From Lepidodermella squamata (taxonomy: Eukaryota; Animalia; Gastrotricha), in NCBI GenBank assembly GCA_047495785.1, contig JBLDXI010000009.1:1798001-1862000 (forward strand): a stretch of DNA of 64,000 nt, written 5' to 3'. Positions 50,049-60,636 of this stretch are shown here, in pieces. The notes below the pieces were generated by a model that was given only the letters and a program-made list of their open reading frames with translations, was not told the DNA's origin and did not search any database. The stretch's first letter is position 1; each line of letters starts with the position of its first letter. The position numbers and the translations under genes are program-made.

Positions 50049-51488
50049 TTTTAAATCTGCTATATTTATAAAATAGGAAATCATTATTATGTTCTTCAGG
50101 TGTAAGAAATATAAACAAAATAATGTAAACATATTATTATACCATCTCTGCTTTTTTCAAGGATTGGTCCACCTATTCTCCTTGATAACAGTGTGATAAT
50201 TTAATTGAAAATGCACGAAAAAAGCTTGCAGATAAGGTTTAACCAGTACGAAATCAGCCGCACGATCACTTTAAACTGGATCGCGTGGCGGCTACACAAC
50301 GAAGGAGCTTTAAAAATACATATTATCTCTCTTCCAACGCGGAAACTGGGCGGCATTTCAAGTATGTGCGAATCAAGAACCAGCTTGTCTTGAAGACGAG
50401 AGCAGAACTTATTTTTTGCTACTACGCAACAAAAAAATTGACTAACGACATTATAGCGATGCTGTTCATCTGGGAAAACCTTCTTCCTTAACAAAATTAC
50501 TAGCAACGAGGTGAAATCTTGCGGCTCGTACCTACGTGTGACCAACTTTTATAATAAACACTATGTAAAAAATTGCGTGTTACTTCAGGCTGTACTCAAT
50601 TCGGGGAACATCAGTTTTTTTCTGGGTCGAAGCACTGTTGTTTGAGCGCCGCAAATGCATTGTTCTGAGAGCGGTTTACACTCGGAAACGCACTGATTGT
50701 AGAAATGAACAAAATAGCTCATGAATACGATTCACTACAGGACACTGCAATTTAAAATATGCCGTAGTGCTGCAATTCGTTTAATAATTTACGCCTCGGT
50801 AAATCAGGAGTTTGAAAAATTGAGGAATTTTAACGATTTAACAGGACATCGATCATTTTTACACGAAAACTAGGGCGATTTGAAACAATTATTGCTCGAG
50901 GCTCTTCAGGCTCTCTACGTGATGTAAGCTTTAGAAGCAGGCGTAGGGTTCCAGGTAGCCCAGGAGTCCTCCCTCAAAACTGGTGAGATAAAAAAGTTAA
51001 ATTCATGAAAACATGAAGTAAACGTGCCAATAAATTATGTGACCGTTTTTCACCGTGTAAAAACCATGCAAAAAATTAAGCCTCACTTGAGGCTTTACCT
51101 GGAACATCAGTTTTTTCGGGTCTGCATTATTATTTCAACGGCGCTATAACATAATGTTGATCTGAAAGCGCGAACACGTTATTTATAGAATGGAGTCATG
51201 TAAAAAACTGGAAACCTCCGTTCATTCATTTTTTTACCAATACTCTTCCTTCTCATTCGTCTTCAGCATGCGCAAATCTCGCATCAAAAGAATCATGTCA
51301 CACTTCATCAAATCATCGCAATAAAAAACGGAGCTTATTTCGACTTTGAAGCTTTCAAGCCAGCCGATTTTGACGCTTCGGTTTTGATAACGAAACGGAA
51401 CAGACAAATCTAACGGCTCTCTGCACACTTTTTTGATAATTGCACCTAATTTTCCAAGTCGAGCTCTCAACAATGGGATCAATGCTCT

Positions 51489-51519
<31 letters not shown>

Positions 51520-51587
51520 TTGAATGGTATATTTAGAAAAATCAGAATGACCATCGAATGCTGGAGGACCGTCGCAATTTTATCATG

Positions 51588-54009
51588 TTAGTTATTACGT
51601 CGAGTGATCACAACGTCAAATTTGGGCGGAATGTTCGTCAGGTTATGACGGCCACCGTCCACATCCACCTCGTAATCCTCGGTCGGAAAGGAAAAATTGT
51701 AACGCTGAAGCATGGCAACAACAAAAATGAAGTATTCCAGGCGAGCAAGTTGTTCACCCAGACATATTCTAGGTCCAACTCCAAATGCCATGAAATGCGT
51801 CGTATGGTTCAATAAAGACCCAGCATCATCGATCCATCGTTCTGGTCGAAAAACTTCAGGATCTTTCCAGTACTTCTCATCATGATGAACTGCCCAAATG
51901 TTGTATTGGATGCAGGTGTTTGGAGGAATGCGATAACCTAGTTTCAAAAAGTACAAATCCTATTCATAAAGATAGGATTTCAAGTTATCAACCTTCAAAT
52001 TCGACTGTGGCATGCTTGGTTGCGTGGAATAATCCATTAGGCCCAATTGTTACATATCGCAAAATTTCACACATAAAGGCATCGATGTAGACCAGCTTCT
52101 TCCGATCGTTTAAAGTTGGCATGCTATCGGTTTTTATCACTTGATCTATGGCCTCTTGGCATTTCCGTTGGTATTCCGGCCATTTGCAGAAGTAGAGAAT
52201 AGACCAACCCAAGGTTGTAGCCGTTGTTTCCGAGCCGGCGAGTAGCATGTCTCGCATGATAGCGGCGAAAGTTTCCATGGAGACGGCCGTCTTATCGTCC
52301 ATACTTAAATAAAGATCGAGAAAATCGCTGACGTTATCAGGTTGAAATACAGGTCGGCGTTCTTCGACAGCCTCTTTGACCAACTGAAGAATGTAATTCT
52401 CAATATTCTTCATATCGACGATCTGCGGTGGAAGTTTGAACCTTGCAGTGAGCGGCACTGCAAAGAAAATAGCGTTTTCTTTGAACGGCCGTTCGAAAAA
52501 AGTCGTTGCTAATCGCTGCAGCTCAGTGAACTTGGGATCATCGTAGTTTAATCGCTGGCCCAGACAAAGTGAATAAATTACGTCAGAAACACTGCTTTGA
52601 AGGATTTTGTCAAATCGATGCTCGACTTTACCGATGAAGCGGCTATCAATTTCTGCGCAAAGGGCAGCCGCTTCGTCCTGAACCTTACTCACCATTTGAA
52701 TAGTTCCCATTCCCAAGTCTCGCAAGCCTTTGTGGCCGAATCGGCGATATTTAATCCAAAGTTCGCCATCTGCAGCGACTATTCCAAACGTCTGAGCACT
52801 GAACCCAGGCATAAATGAGTCGGAACCAGGGCCGGATTAACCCTCTGGCGGCCCCTGGGCTTATGACGGTTGGCGGCCCCATTTTTTGTAAATTTCAAAA
52901 AATTGGGGCCATCAATTACTACAATAAAAAGCTAGCAAAAAAACTATTTTGCACCTATGCAAAAGCTACCAATCAAGGCACAAAAATCCATCTCCGGGCG
53001 AGCGAAGCGAGCTTTAGCTAACGATATTTTTTGAAAATTGGACTCAGGGACTAGCTTAGAAATGAAAATTTGTACCCAATTTCTCTGATCTGAGTAGGTT
53101 TTCAAGTTTTCAGGAGTCTCGATCTCAACGAATTATCCCGCATACGGGCGTGGGGCGTCGTAAACCCTCACTACCTGGTTTTAGTGCATTTTTTCCCACT
53201 GCGCCCCCTACCTTGACCGGCTACTTTTGATGATTTTGCAACCTTGTTGATTTTTGAATTGATTTTCGATCCCTGAGAAAGCAGCAAAATCCATTATCAG
53301 AGCGGAAATTTAGACTAGCACCCGTAACGCGAGCGAAGCGAGCTATATCTGGCGCTATTTCTGAGGAGTTTTCAGCATGAATAGCCTAAAAATGCTCCAA
53401 ATTTGGTTGAGAGCTGACATTTACCTGCGGGGCGAGAGCTGTTGGTATCACTTCTTTGGTATAAAAAGACGAAAAATCATTTTCATTGGAAATGTAACAA
53501 GGGAAAATGCGAAGAAAATCTATTAAAATTGACTTTTCTGTCGACGCTGGCGGCCTTTTTTGACTGGCGGCCCCTGGGCTCCAGCCCTCCAAGCCCATGC
53601 GTTAATCCGGCCCTGGTCGGAACGGTAGCCGAATTCCTTCGCTTGTGATATCAGAGCTTTCCTAATGACATCGGAGGAGTTCAGGACAACAGTGCGAATT
53701 TGGCCAAAATAGAGCGTGTAAATTGAACCGTATTCATCGCCCAATTTTTTGAATAGCCACCAAGGTTTTTGCCTTATGTCATCACTTAGTAGATAAAACG
53801 TGCCTGATAATCATAGGAAATATGAGCAGATCTTAGAAACTGGCTTAATTATTACCAATGAAGGGAAGAGGCCGCGGCCCCGGCGGAAGTCGCCGAAACC
53901 AGTCAATTATGTAGAGTTGAGTTCCATAGAGGAAGAAAGCACAGGGTGGTATCAAATACCACCATGATTTCAGCACGGAAGCTGCTGTTTGCACAAGTGG
54001 TTCAAACAT
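51588..54009 (-). pseudogene. Tandem CYP2-clan paralogue with a hAT MITE in exon 2 (probably inactivated)
   Basis: Same exon structure and motifs (AGSETT, FGVGPRICLGE); GYRSD|SFMPG is interrupted by 789 bp plus an 8-bp TSD. Confidence 0.85.
52827..53615. mobile_element. hAT-family MITE, perfect 15-bp TIR and 8-bp TSD
   Basis: GTCGGAAC|CAGGGCCGGATTAAC ... GTTAATCCGGCCCTG|GTCGGAAC. Confidence 0.95.
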
Positions 54010-54729
54010 TTTTGATGGGGGAGAATTTTCCAAAATAATGAGACTTTTCAATCCTTTGTTCGGCTCTTTAATAGGCCAACATTGAACAGGGATGAAAAAA
54101 GTTTTGATAAAAAATTACGTGTTGCCTTTAAGTTTAAAATTAAACCATACCTATTCACATAATTTCCAGGTCAAAGTGTGTGCTGTAGTAGCTGTGTAGA
54201 GATGTTTGTATAATTGGAATGCCATTTTACCGTGATGCCAAACTATGTTCTTGGACATCAACCACATTTTATTATGGGTCAAGTTTTACTAGTTTTTCGT
54301 GATTTTGCAGATGGCTGTGGAACTTCGAAACGTGACGATAATATCATGAAATATTACAGGGAGATGCAGCAAGATGAGCTATATTCAATGGTCAAATTGG
54401 TGGTTGTGGTATGCCTGCGCTCAAAATCAAGCTTTGAACGAAACAAAAATTTGTAAGTAAAAATCTGCTGAATCAATACTTTTATTGTTGGCTATCGCGA
54501 GGCGGACTCCTCTCGGCCAATATCCAAGTACAACCGAGTACCGCGTTATGTACTCCTTCGAATCCATTATATATTACCTTCCTAACACTACAGACAAGAA
54601 GTCAAGAAATGACCCTTTACCAGACAGTTAGATACCTTACTTGCATTTAAACGTAAAGGAAACCGTTGCGAAATTTCCGCGTAATTACCGAAGCAGTCAC
54701 AGAATTCTACCTACAGAAGGTACGGCGCA

Positions 54730-54925
54730 CGGCGACAATACAGCAACTTCGCAGAACAGCAAATGCGACAAAACCGAATATTTTTTATTTCGCGACTTCA
54801 CAGCGAAAATGTACTATGGAAAAGAGAAAATATGCATCTTGTTTCTGCTGTTATGTCGCAAGTTGAAAAATTTGCTGTTTTGTCCCATTTGCGGTTTTGG
54901 CTATTTGCTGTTATGACGACCGCGG
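54730..54925. repeat. Degenerate foldback palindrome (old MITE)
   Basis: ACAGCAAATGCGACAAAAC..CGCGACTTCACAGC versus inverted GCTGTTATGTCGC..GTTTTGTCCCATTTGC. Confidence 0.55.
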
Positions 54926-55085
54926 TCTGCCACAGAATTAACACTTTTTCAAGCTTCTTACTGATCATATAACTACGGCGAGCTTTTATTCAAGTTATCG
55001 ACCAGTGCAACAATTGTTTGACAAATTTCACTAATTTCACATAGGGTTTTATTTTATGCACACGCGGTGTAAAAAATCATTAATT

Positions 55086-56062
55086 TCAATTGTTCTTTTC
55101 CGGTAGGGTTTCTTTGACCTCTACTGCTGGCAAGTCGTTCTGATCGGTTGTATGATCCGGCTTCGTACCAGACAATATTGAGGCGACTCCGAACGGAATC
55201 AAGCGTTCGCATTCAACCGAATGAAATCCGATGTCGCGCATATATCCCATCATTTGGTCCTGAATGGCAAAAATTAACAATTAAAACTGATAATAAGAAA
55301 TGGAGGAAGCCCTACTTGAGTGTGAAAACGACGAATGCTATCGCTGAGATATTGATATGCATTCCAATTTCCGGTAACAACAAAACCAGTTACAGGCAGC
55401 ATATCCAGGTACAAATTATACAGACTCGAGACGGGGAAAGAATCCACCATGAAGAATTCGAGAATAAAAAACCGGCCGCCAGGGCGAATCACGCGATACG
55501 CCTCGTCGACGACTTTCTTCTGATCAGTGCAGTTTCGCATTGAAAACGCCATAGTTACCGCATCGAACTTGTCGTTGGGAAACGGCATTTCCTCGCCCTT
55601 ACCAACAACCCATTCGAGGGCTCGGGTCATGCCCTGCGCATCGGCTCGCTTTCGCCCTATTGCCATCATGGCTTCAGTTGGGTCAAGCACCGTCACGCCA
55701 CCATCAACTACGGTTGTCTGCTTGCGCATGTGATCGACAATTCGCATAGCAATATCACCAGTTCCGCCGCCAACGTCGAGAACGCGCTGTTTTGGGCTAG
55801 GATTGAGCCGGCTTTCGACCAGGTGGTTCTTCCAGCAACGATGTACACCAGCCGACATCAAATCGTTCATTAAATCGTACTTCCGAGCTACAGCTGTGAA
55901 CAAATCGGCAACCTTCTGCGGTTTCTCCTCCTTCGGGATATTTTTCGATCCAAACGGGACATAACCAGGCTGCTGTTCAGTTGACCCAGGAGCGGCGCGG
56001 CTATGACACATTCGAGCCCATGCCACGCTATTAGAAGACCTCAAAGCAACTCTGCGCAGCAT
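55086..56062 (-). CDS. COQ5: 2-methoxy-6-polyprenyl-1,4-benzoquinol methylase, mitochondrial, 2 exons
   Basis: VARKYDLMNDLMSAGVHRCWK, VLDVGGGTGDIA, YQYLSDSIRRF; mitochondrial presequence. Confidence 0.96.
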
Positions 56063-56107
56063 TTTAAAGCAATTCTATGCGGAAAAAGATGCGATCAAAT
56101 TTAACGT

Positions 56108-57618
56108 TCAATGTAAAAATAAAGTTTTAAAGGCATTAAAAATATCTGGAGAAGAAAAATCAGCTGGGATATTTCGATCAGAAGTGTCAACAATTTGCCG
56201 CCTAGTTTCACCAGGTAAGGCAGAGGCCCAAAACAAGGTCTGGCAAAGGTCGCCATGGCCGAGTTGCGCCGCTTCTTCCACGCGCGCCGTCCGGTCGTTT
56301 TGACTCGGAAGACTTTTTCGCTTCTTATCCGTCGAAAAATTAACATCTGGTAGCCGAGTCAGCGAATAAACTAGCTTAGACTCGAGCATAAATTCTGCTT
56401 TGATTAATTTTACAAATTCATTGGCATCAAAGTTTGAGGCGTCGCTATTTGATAGATATATTACTGCACCACTGAATAGGCTTGTGTACCGTTTCCCTAA
56501 ACTACAAGGCCGCTTAGCTTCATCATTTCCGGACTTTAGCAACCATTTTGATAGAAACCGCCCGGTTTTCATGGAAAGAATCAAAGTTCTACAATCGTCT
56601 TCGATAACCGTTTCAGGCACCAAGGCGAGATCGGCGAGAGAGACCAAATTAAACTGCCACGCGTCGGCATACGAGGAATTTGCTAAATCATCACCAATCA
56701 GCTTTGTTTGAGCCAATTTCGCAGGCAAGAGCCCCTAGAAATAAAATTTTCAGGCTTTTGATAAATCACTTCCTGTCAACTTACGGCTAAGGAAGTAACA
56801 ACTTCATCACAGATTCGAGCATCAGCCAGAGAATTCGAAGCTGAAACTGCCACTATTTGATCTCCCTGAACGAGTTTCGTCATCAACAGTAGAAAGTCAA
56901 CTTTTGACATAGTTTTACGAAGCTCAACCAACGGTTGAAAGCAATCGATTGGTAGTTCCGAATCATTCACCGCGAATAAATCACACGGCTTTGCCGGTTC
57001 CCGATTGTGGCACGCCTCTGTCAATAAAATCAGATCTTGGCTCAGTTTTTGAGATGAAACACCGGTGATTTGACAGAAATTTCTCGCATTTTGCTGCTTA
57101 ACAGTCGCCGATTGAAGCCGCCATTCAGTTACGACGTCCTTCTCCGCCTCGAAGACCTCCAAAGCTTTCGATTTATAAAAATTTGCAAAATCCGACATTT
57201 TCGCTGCCGCATTTGCAATGTCCATATGCCGCTCATAAATAGAGTAAAAAACCAAGGACGATCGGCGAACGTTGCCTCTGCCGTAGATATCTTTAACTAT
57301 GAAATGAAGCATGAGGCGCCAGCCATCATTGTCGCTGTATGTCGAAAATTTGCATGCCGGTGATTCGGCAGTCAAGCTGTAGATGCAAGAGTGACGAAGA
57401 ACGGCGAAAAGCTTCTCGTGTACTGGTACAACCGGAATGTTATCTGGTATTGAACAGATTCTGCAACTAGTATCACGGGGTAGAATTGCTCGAGGCTCGC
57501 TGTCTTTATTTGTATCGAAAATCGTGACTAAAATGACTTGAGGACCGCAGTTGTCGCAGAATTGGCACAGGGCGACGGCCGGATAGCCAAACTTAAAATC
57601 GCTACCATTACCATCCAT
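56108..57618 (-). CDS. FLCN: Folliculin (divergent), 2 exons
   Basis: AVALCQFCDNCGPQVILVT, LRHSCIYSLTAE, HFIVKDIYGRGNVR, RNFCQITG and C-terminal LFW motif. Confidence 0.85.
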
Positions 57619-57846
57619 AAAATAAACTAAACATAGAAATAGAACATTTACATCACCGGATGTTTTTAATGATCAAATTTCGTTCAGTCTTCAATGTAAC
57701 AAAGCAAGAATACATGTCGGGTTAAAATCGGAGCTTAGCATGAAGTAGGTAGATTCAAGTGAAATGAGCAGCAATGAAAAAACGGCAGCAGATCATTTGA
57801 CAGTTTGTAAAATGATACACTAAAAAAAAGTTGTTTGAGCGACTTT

Positions 57847-60636
57847 TCAATAGCGTTTGTTTCGCGGACGGAACGAATAACGGTCGGCGAAATCGCCAAT
57901 GGCAGGTGGAGACGGGCTGCGGTTGCTGTTGCGACTAGCAGTTTGACGGCTCGAATTGCGAGATGGAACATCGCGGGAAGACCTCGTAGAACGGGTCGGC
58001 TTGTTGTTGCTGCTGTTCGTCCGCTTCACAGCTTTAGCTTTCGGCCGCGGTGGAGACGGTGAAGGCGGCGAGTCGATGATGACACGTCGCTTCGGCTTTT
58101 TCTTCGCGTTCGTGCAAGCCGAACAGTACCACGTGCCTCGAGGCGGGTATCGCAGAGCCGGCTTGTGGCACTCCAAGTGGTAAGAATGATAACAAATTGA
58201 GCAAGAGATCAATTCTTCGGCATCAGTCGCCTCTCCGCGACACTTTTTACACGCAGTATCAGGCTCGCGAAATTCGTCTGGCTCAGATTCGGAATCTTCC
58301 ATTTCATAAGCGCTAACTTCGTCTTCGTCCGAGCCAAGGTCGATTTCGTCAGCTTCTTCCTTTTTCTCCTTTTTCGAGCAATCCGGGCAGAACCAGTCGC
58401 CCTCCGGTGCTTGTTTCATCGGGGGTTCAAGACACCGCATGTGAAAACTGCGGTTGCATTTATCGCAAAGAATCAAAACGCCGCTATTCGGGCCTCGACG
58501 ACAACGCTTGCAACGCGCATGTTCAGCTGACATTGACCAATTGAGCCAGGTTAAAAACAAGTCAAGAAGGGCCAACAAACGACTAGCGCTTTCCGTTTTC
58601 GCAACCTCCTGCTTCCATTTAGCAAAGTACGAATCAGTAGCAAAAAACAAGCTTGGGATGGCTTCTTCCTTTTTAGGCTTTTCTTCATTTTCATCGTTCT
58701 CGCTCTTTTTCTCCAACGTTTCTGGCGAAACTTTAGCGCGGGGTACGATGACGCGCAAATGGACGGAATTCGCTAGAGCCAACATGCATTGGCCAATAGA
58801 TTTCGCACGATCTTCAGGCGCTGGACTTTTCACACGTTCGCGCCAGTTTTCAACATCATTCAAGGGATCGGCGAACGCTGCAGCGTAGATACGAGCTTCA
58901 GAATCAAGGAGATTATCGCGAAGTTCGTCGAAAATTCCGGCAGAGTAATCGACGTCTTCTTCGAGGAATGACGATTCCGCTTCTTCGCCCTTATCTTTCT
59001 TAGCTTGAAGCTCTTTCAAGACACTTTCCAAGCCGCTCCGAATTCCGTAATTAGCTGAGAACGCATCGCTTTGCATGCTTGAGATGACCTTGAAGAGATC
59101 GTCGAAGTTGTAATAGCACCAATTGGAGTTCTTCGACTCGACTACAACAGCTTTATCCAAGGAAGTTTTGCTGAAAGTCGGGAATTTCCAATAAATACTG
59201 CCTTCGTTGTCAACTCCAATCGGTTGTTGGTGACGAATTTCGTTGTATTCCCGCTCGGCTTTATCAACTGACAACTTCAAACCTGCAACATCGCCAGCTA
59301 GTTTTGAAGAATTAGCAGGCGCAGGTTGTTTGGCTGGTGCGCCTCGTTTAGAAACAGGTTTGTCAACCTCCATATCGTCGGCTCCATCAGCATCCATTTC
59401 CTCGTTTTGTTGATCGTTGCCGTCAGCCGGCTGTAGAGTCTTGGCAGCCTTTGATTCTTTGATGTGCTCTTTACGCAGGCGTAATAGTTCACAGCGCAAT
59501 TTGTGAAGGGCATCCTCTTTCTTAGTCATGTAGTCGATGATTGCCGGGCAGCCCGTCAACCAGTTTACCGCAGACAGCAGCGCATCTAATCTTTGATTGG
59601 GGCTAAGAGCGAAATAACCCTTCTGTTCCCAGACTTCGAACAGCTCGGAAGATAACGCTGGGATCAACGTCTTCAAAGAAAGACTAGCAAGAAAAATTCG
59701 CAAAATCTCTGGGCTGCTTTGGACAGAAAGATCATATTCAGGCAATAGTTGGCCGAGATGTTTTGCTTTTGTGAAAGCCGTTTGCTTCGAAGCGAAAGTG
59801 ACAAGATGGAAAATAATGCCGCACAAATACAAAGGATCTTCATTTGAAGGTCTACCCAGTGCATTAAGCAGGATGTGAAAATCGGGTTCGGGATCAAGCT
59901 TTTTCTTCTTTTGAAACAAGCAGCCGAAATTGTTGAGAAACTCGGTGATTACGAGGACATCAGGAATTCGATTGGGATCAAAATTATCAGGACACTTTAT
60001 TTCTCGTGCAGGTGGCATCGGAACTTTTACAACAACAGGAGCAGGAGGTGGAACTGAGGATGATGCTGTACCCGCAGCGGTGCTATCTGACTTGGCTGGT
60101 CCTGTCGCCTTCTGCTCCACTGCTTTTTTGTTCCAGAGTGACTTCAACTGATGTTGTTCCTTCTCAGATTTCTTCTCGGCCGGCTTTTCAAGCGAAGTTG
60201 CTGGTTTGGCTTCGCTGACGGAAGTTATCACGAAGTCATCTTCACTGTCACTAGAAACCTTCACCGAAGTTTCTTTACGCTCGCCCAGCGATGAAGATTT
60301 TAGAACAGACGGACTATTCAAATCTTTCGGTTTTAATTTGGTGGCAACCGGGCTGTTTGCAAATTGCTTCGCAAATTCGTTCGCTACTTTCTCAGATTCG
60401 TTTTCCTTGGCAAGTTTCGGTTTCAAACTAGGCCGAGTGGTCGTTGGCGATTTCAACAAGGCGCCACTTTGCTGGATGTTGCTAGAACACTTCATCGCCG
60501 GCTTTCTGTCCAATTCATTTTCGGATGATGCTGCTTTTGAAGCTGTAGACACTGGGCTGTTACATGCCGAAGCAACCTTGCGCTGCTGATTTTCTGGCGA
60601 CTTGGCGAGCCATGTGAAGAGTGAAGATTGCTTCAT
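57847..60636 (-). CDS. BAZ1A/Acf1-like ISWI partner (DDT, WHIM1, WSD, two PHD fingers), intronless, no WAC or bromodomain evident
   Basis: DVLVITEFLNNFG (DDT), YFALSPNQRLDAL (WHIM1), PIGVDNEGSIYWKF (WSD), WSMSAEHARCKRCRR..LCDKC..FH..CL.PPM..PEGDWFCPDC plus a second PHD. Confidence 0.85.
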   Translation of the reverse strand: MKQSSLFTWLAKSPENQQRKVASACNSPVSTASKAASSENELDRKPAMKCSSNIQQSGALLKSPTTTRPSLKPKLAKENESEKVANEFAKQFANSPVATKLKPKDLNSPSVLKSSSLGERKETSVKVSSDSEDDFVITSVSEAKPATSLEKPAEKKSEKEQHQLKSLWNKKAVEQKATGPAKSDSTAAGTASSSVPPPAPVVVKVPMPPAREIKCPDNFDPNRIPDVLVITEFLNNFGCLFQKKKKLDPEPDFHILLNALGRPSNEDPLYLCGIIFHLVTFASKQTAFTKAKHLGQLLPEYDLSVQSSPEILRIFLASLSLKTLIPALSSELFEVWEQKGYFALSPNQRLDALLSAVNWLTGCPAIIDYMTKKEDALHKLRCELLRLRKEHIKESKAAKTLQPADGNDQQNEEMDADGADDMEVDKPVSKRGAPAKQPAPANSSKLAGDVAGLKLSVDKAEREYNEIRHQQPIGVDNEGSIYWKFPTFSKTSLDKAVVVESKNSNWCYYNFDDLFKVISSMQSDAFSANYGIRSGLESVLKELQAKKDKGEEAESSFLEEDVDYSAGIFDELRDNLLDSEARIYAAAFADPLNDVENWRERVKSPAPEDRAKSIGQCMLALANSVHLRVIVPRAKVSPETLEKKSENDENEEKPKKEEAIPSLFFATDSYFAKWKQEVAKTESASRLLALLDLFLTWLNWSMSAEHARCKRCRRGPNSGVLILCDKCNRSFHMRCLEPPMKQAPEGDWFCPDCSKKEKKEEADEIDLGSDEDEVSAYEMEDSESEPDEFREPDTACKKCRGEATDAEELISCSICYHSYHLECHKPALRYPPRGTWYCSACTNAKKKPKRRVIIDSPPSPSPPRPKAKAVKRTNSSNNKPTRSTRSSRDVPSRNSSRQTASRNSNRSPSPPAIGDFADRYSFRPRNKRY

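Noticed and set aside
52819-53623. Introner-type insertion spliced out of the CYP exon
   Set aside because: The TSD supplies a GT but the element ends in CCCTG, not AG, on the coding strand; there is no clean acceptor.
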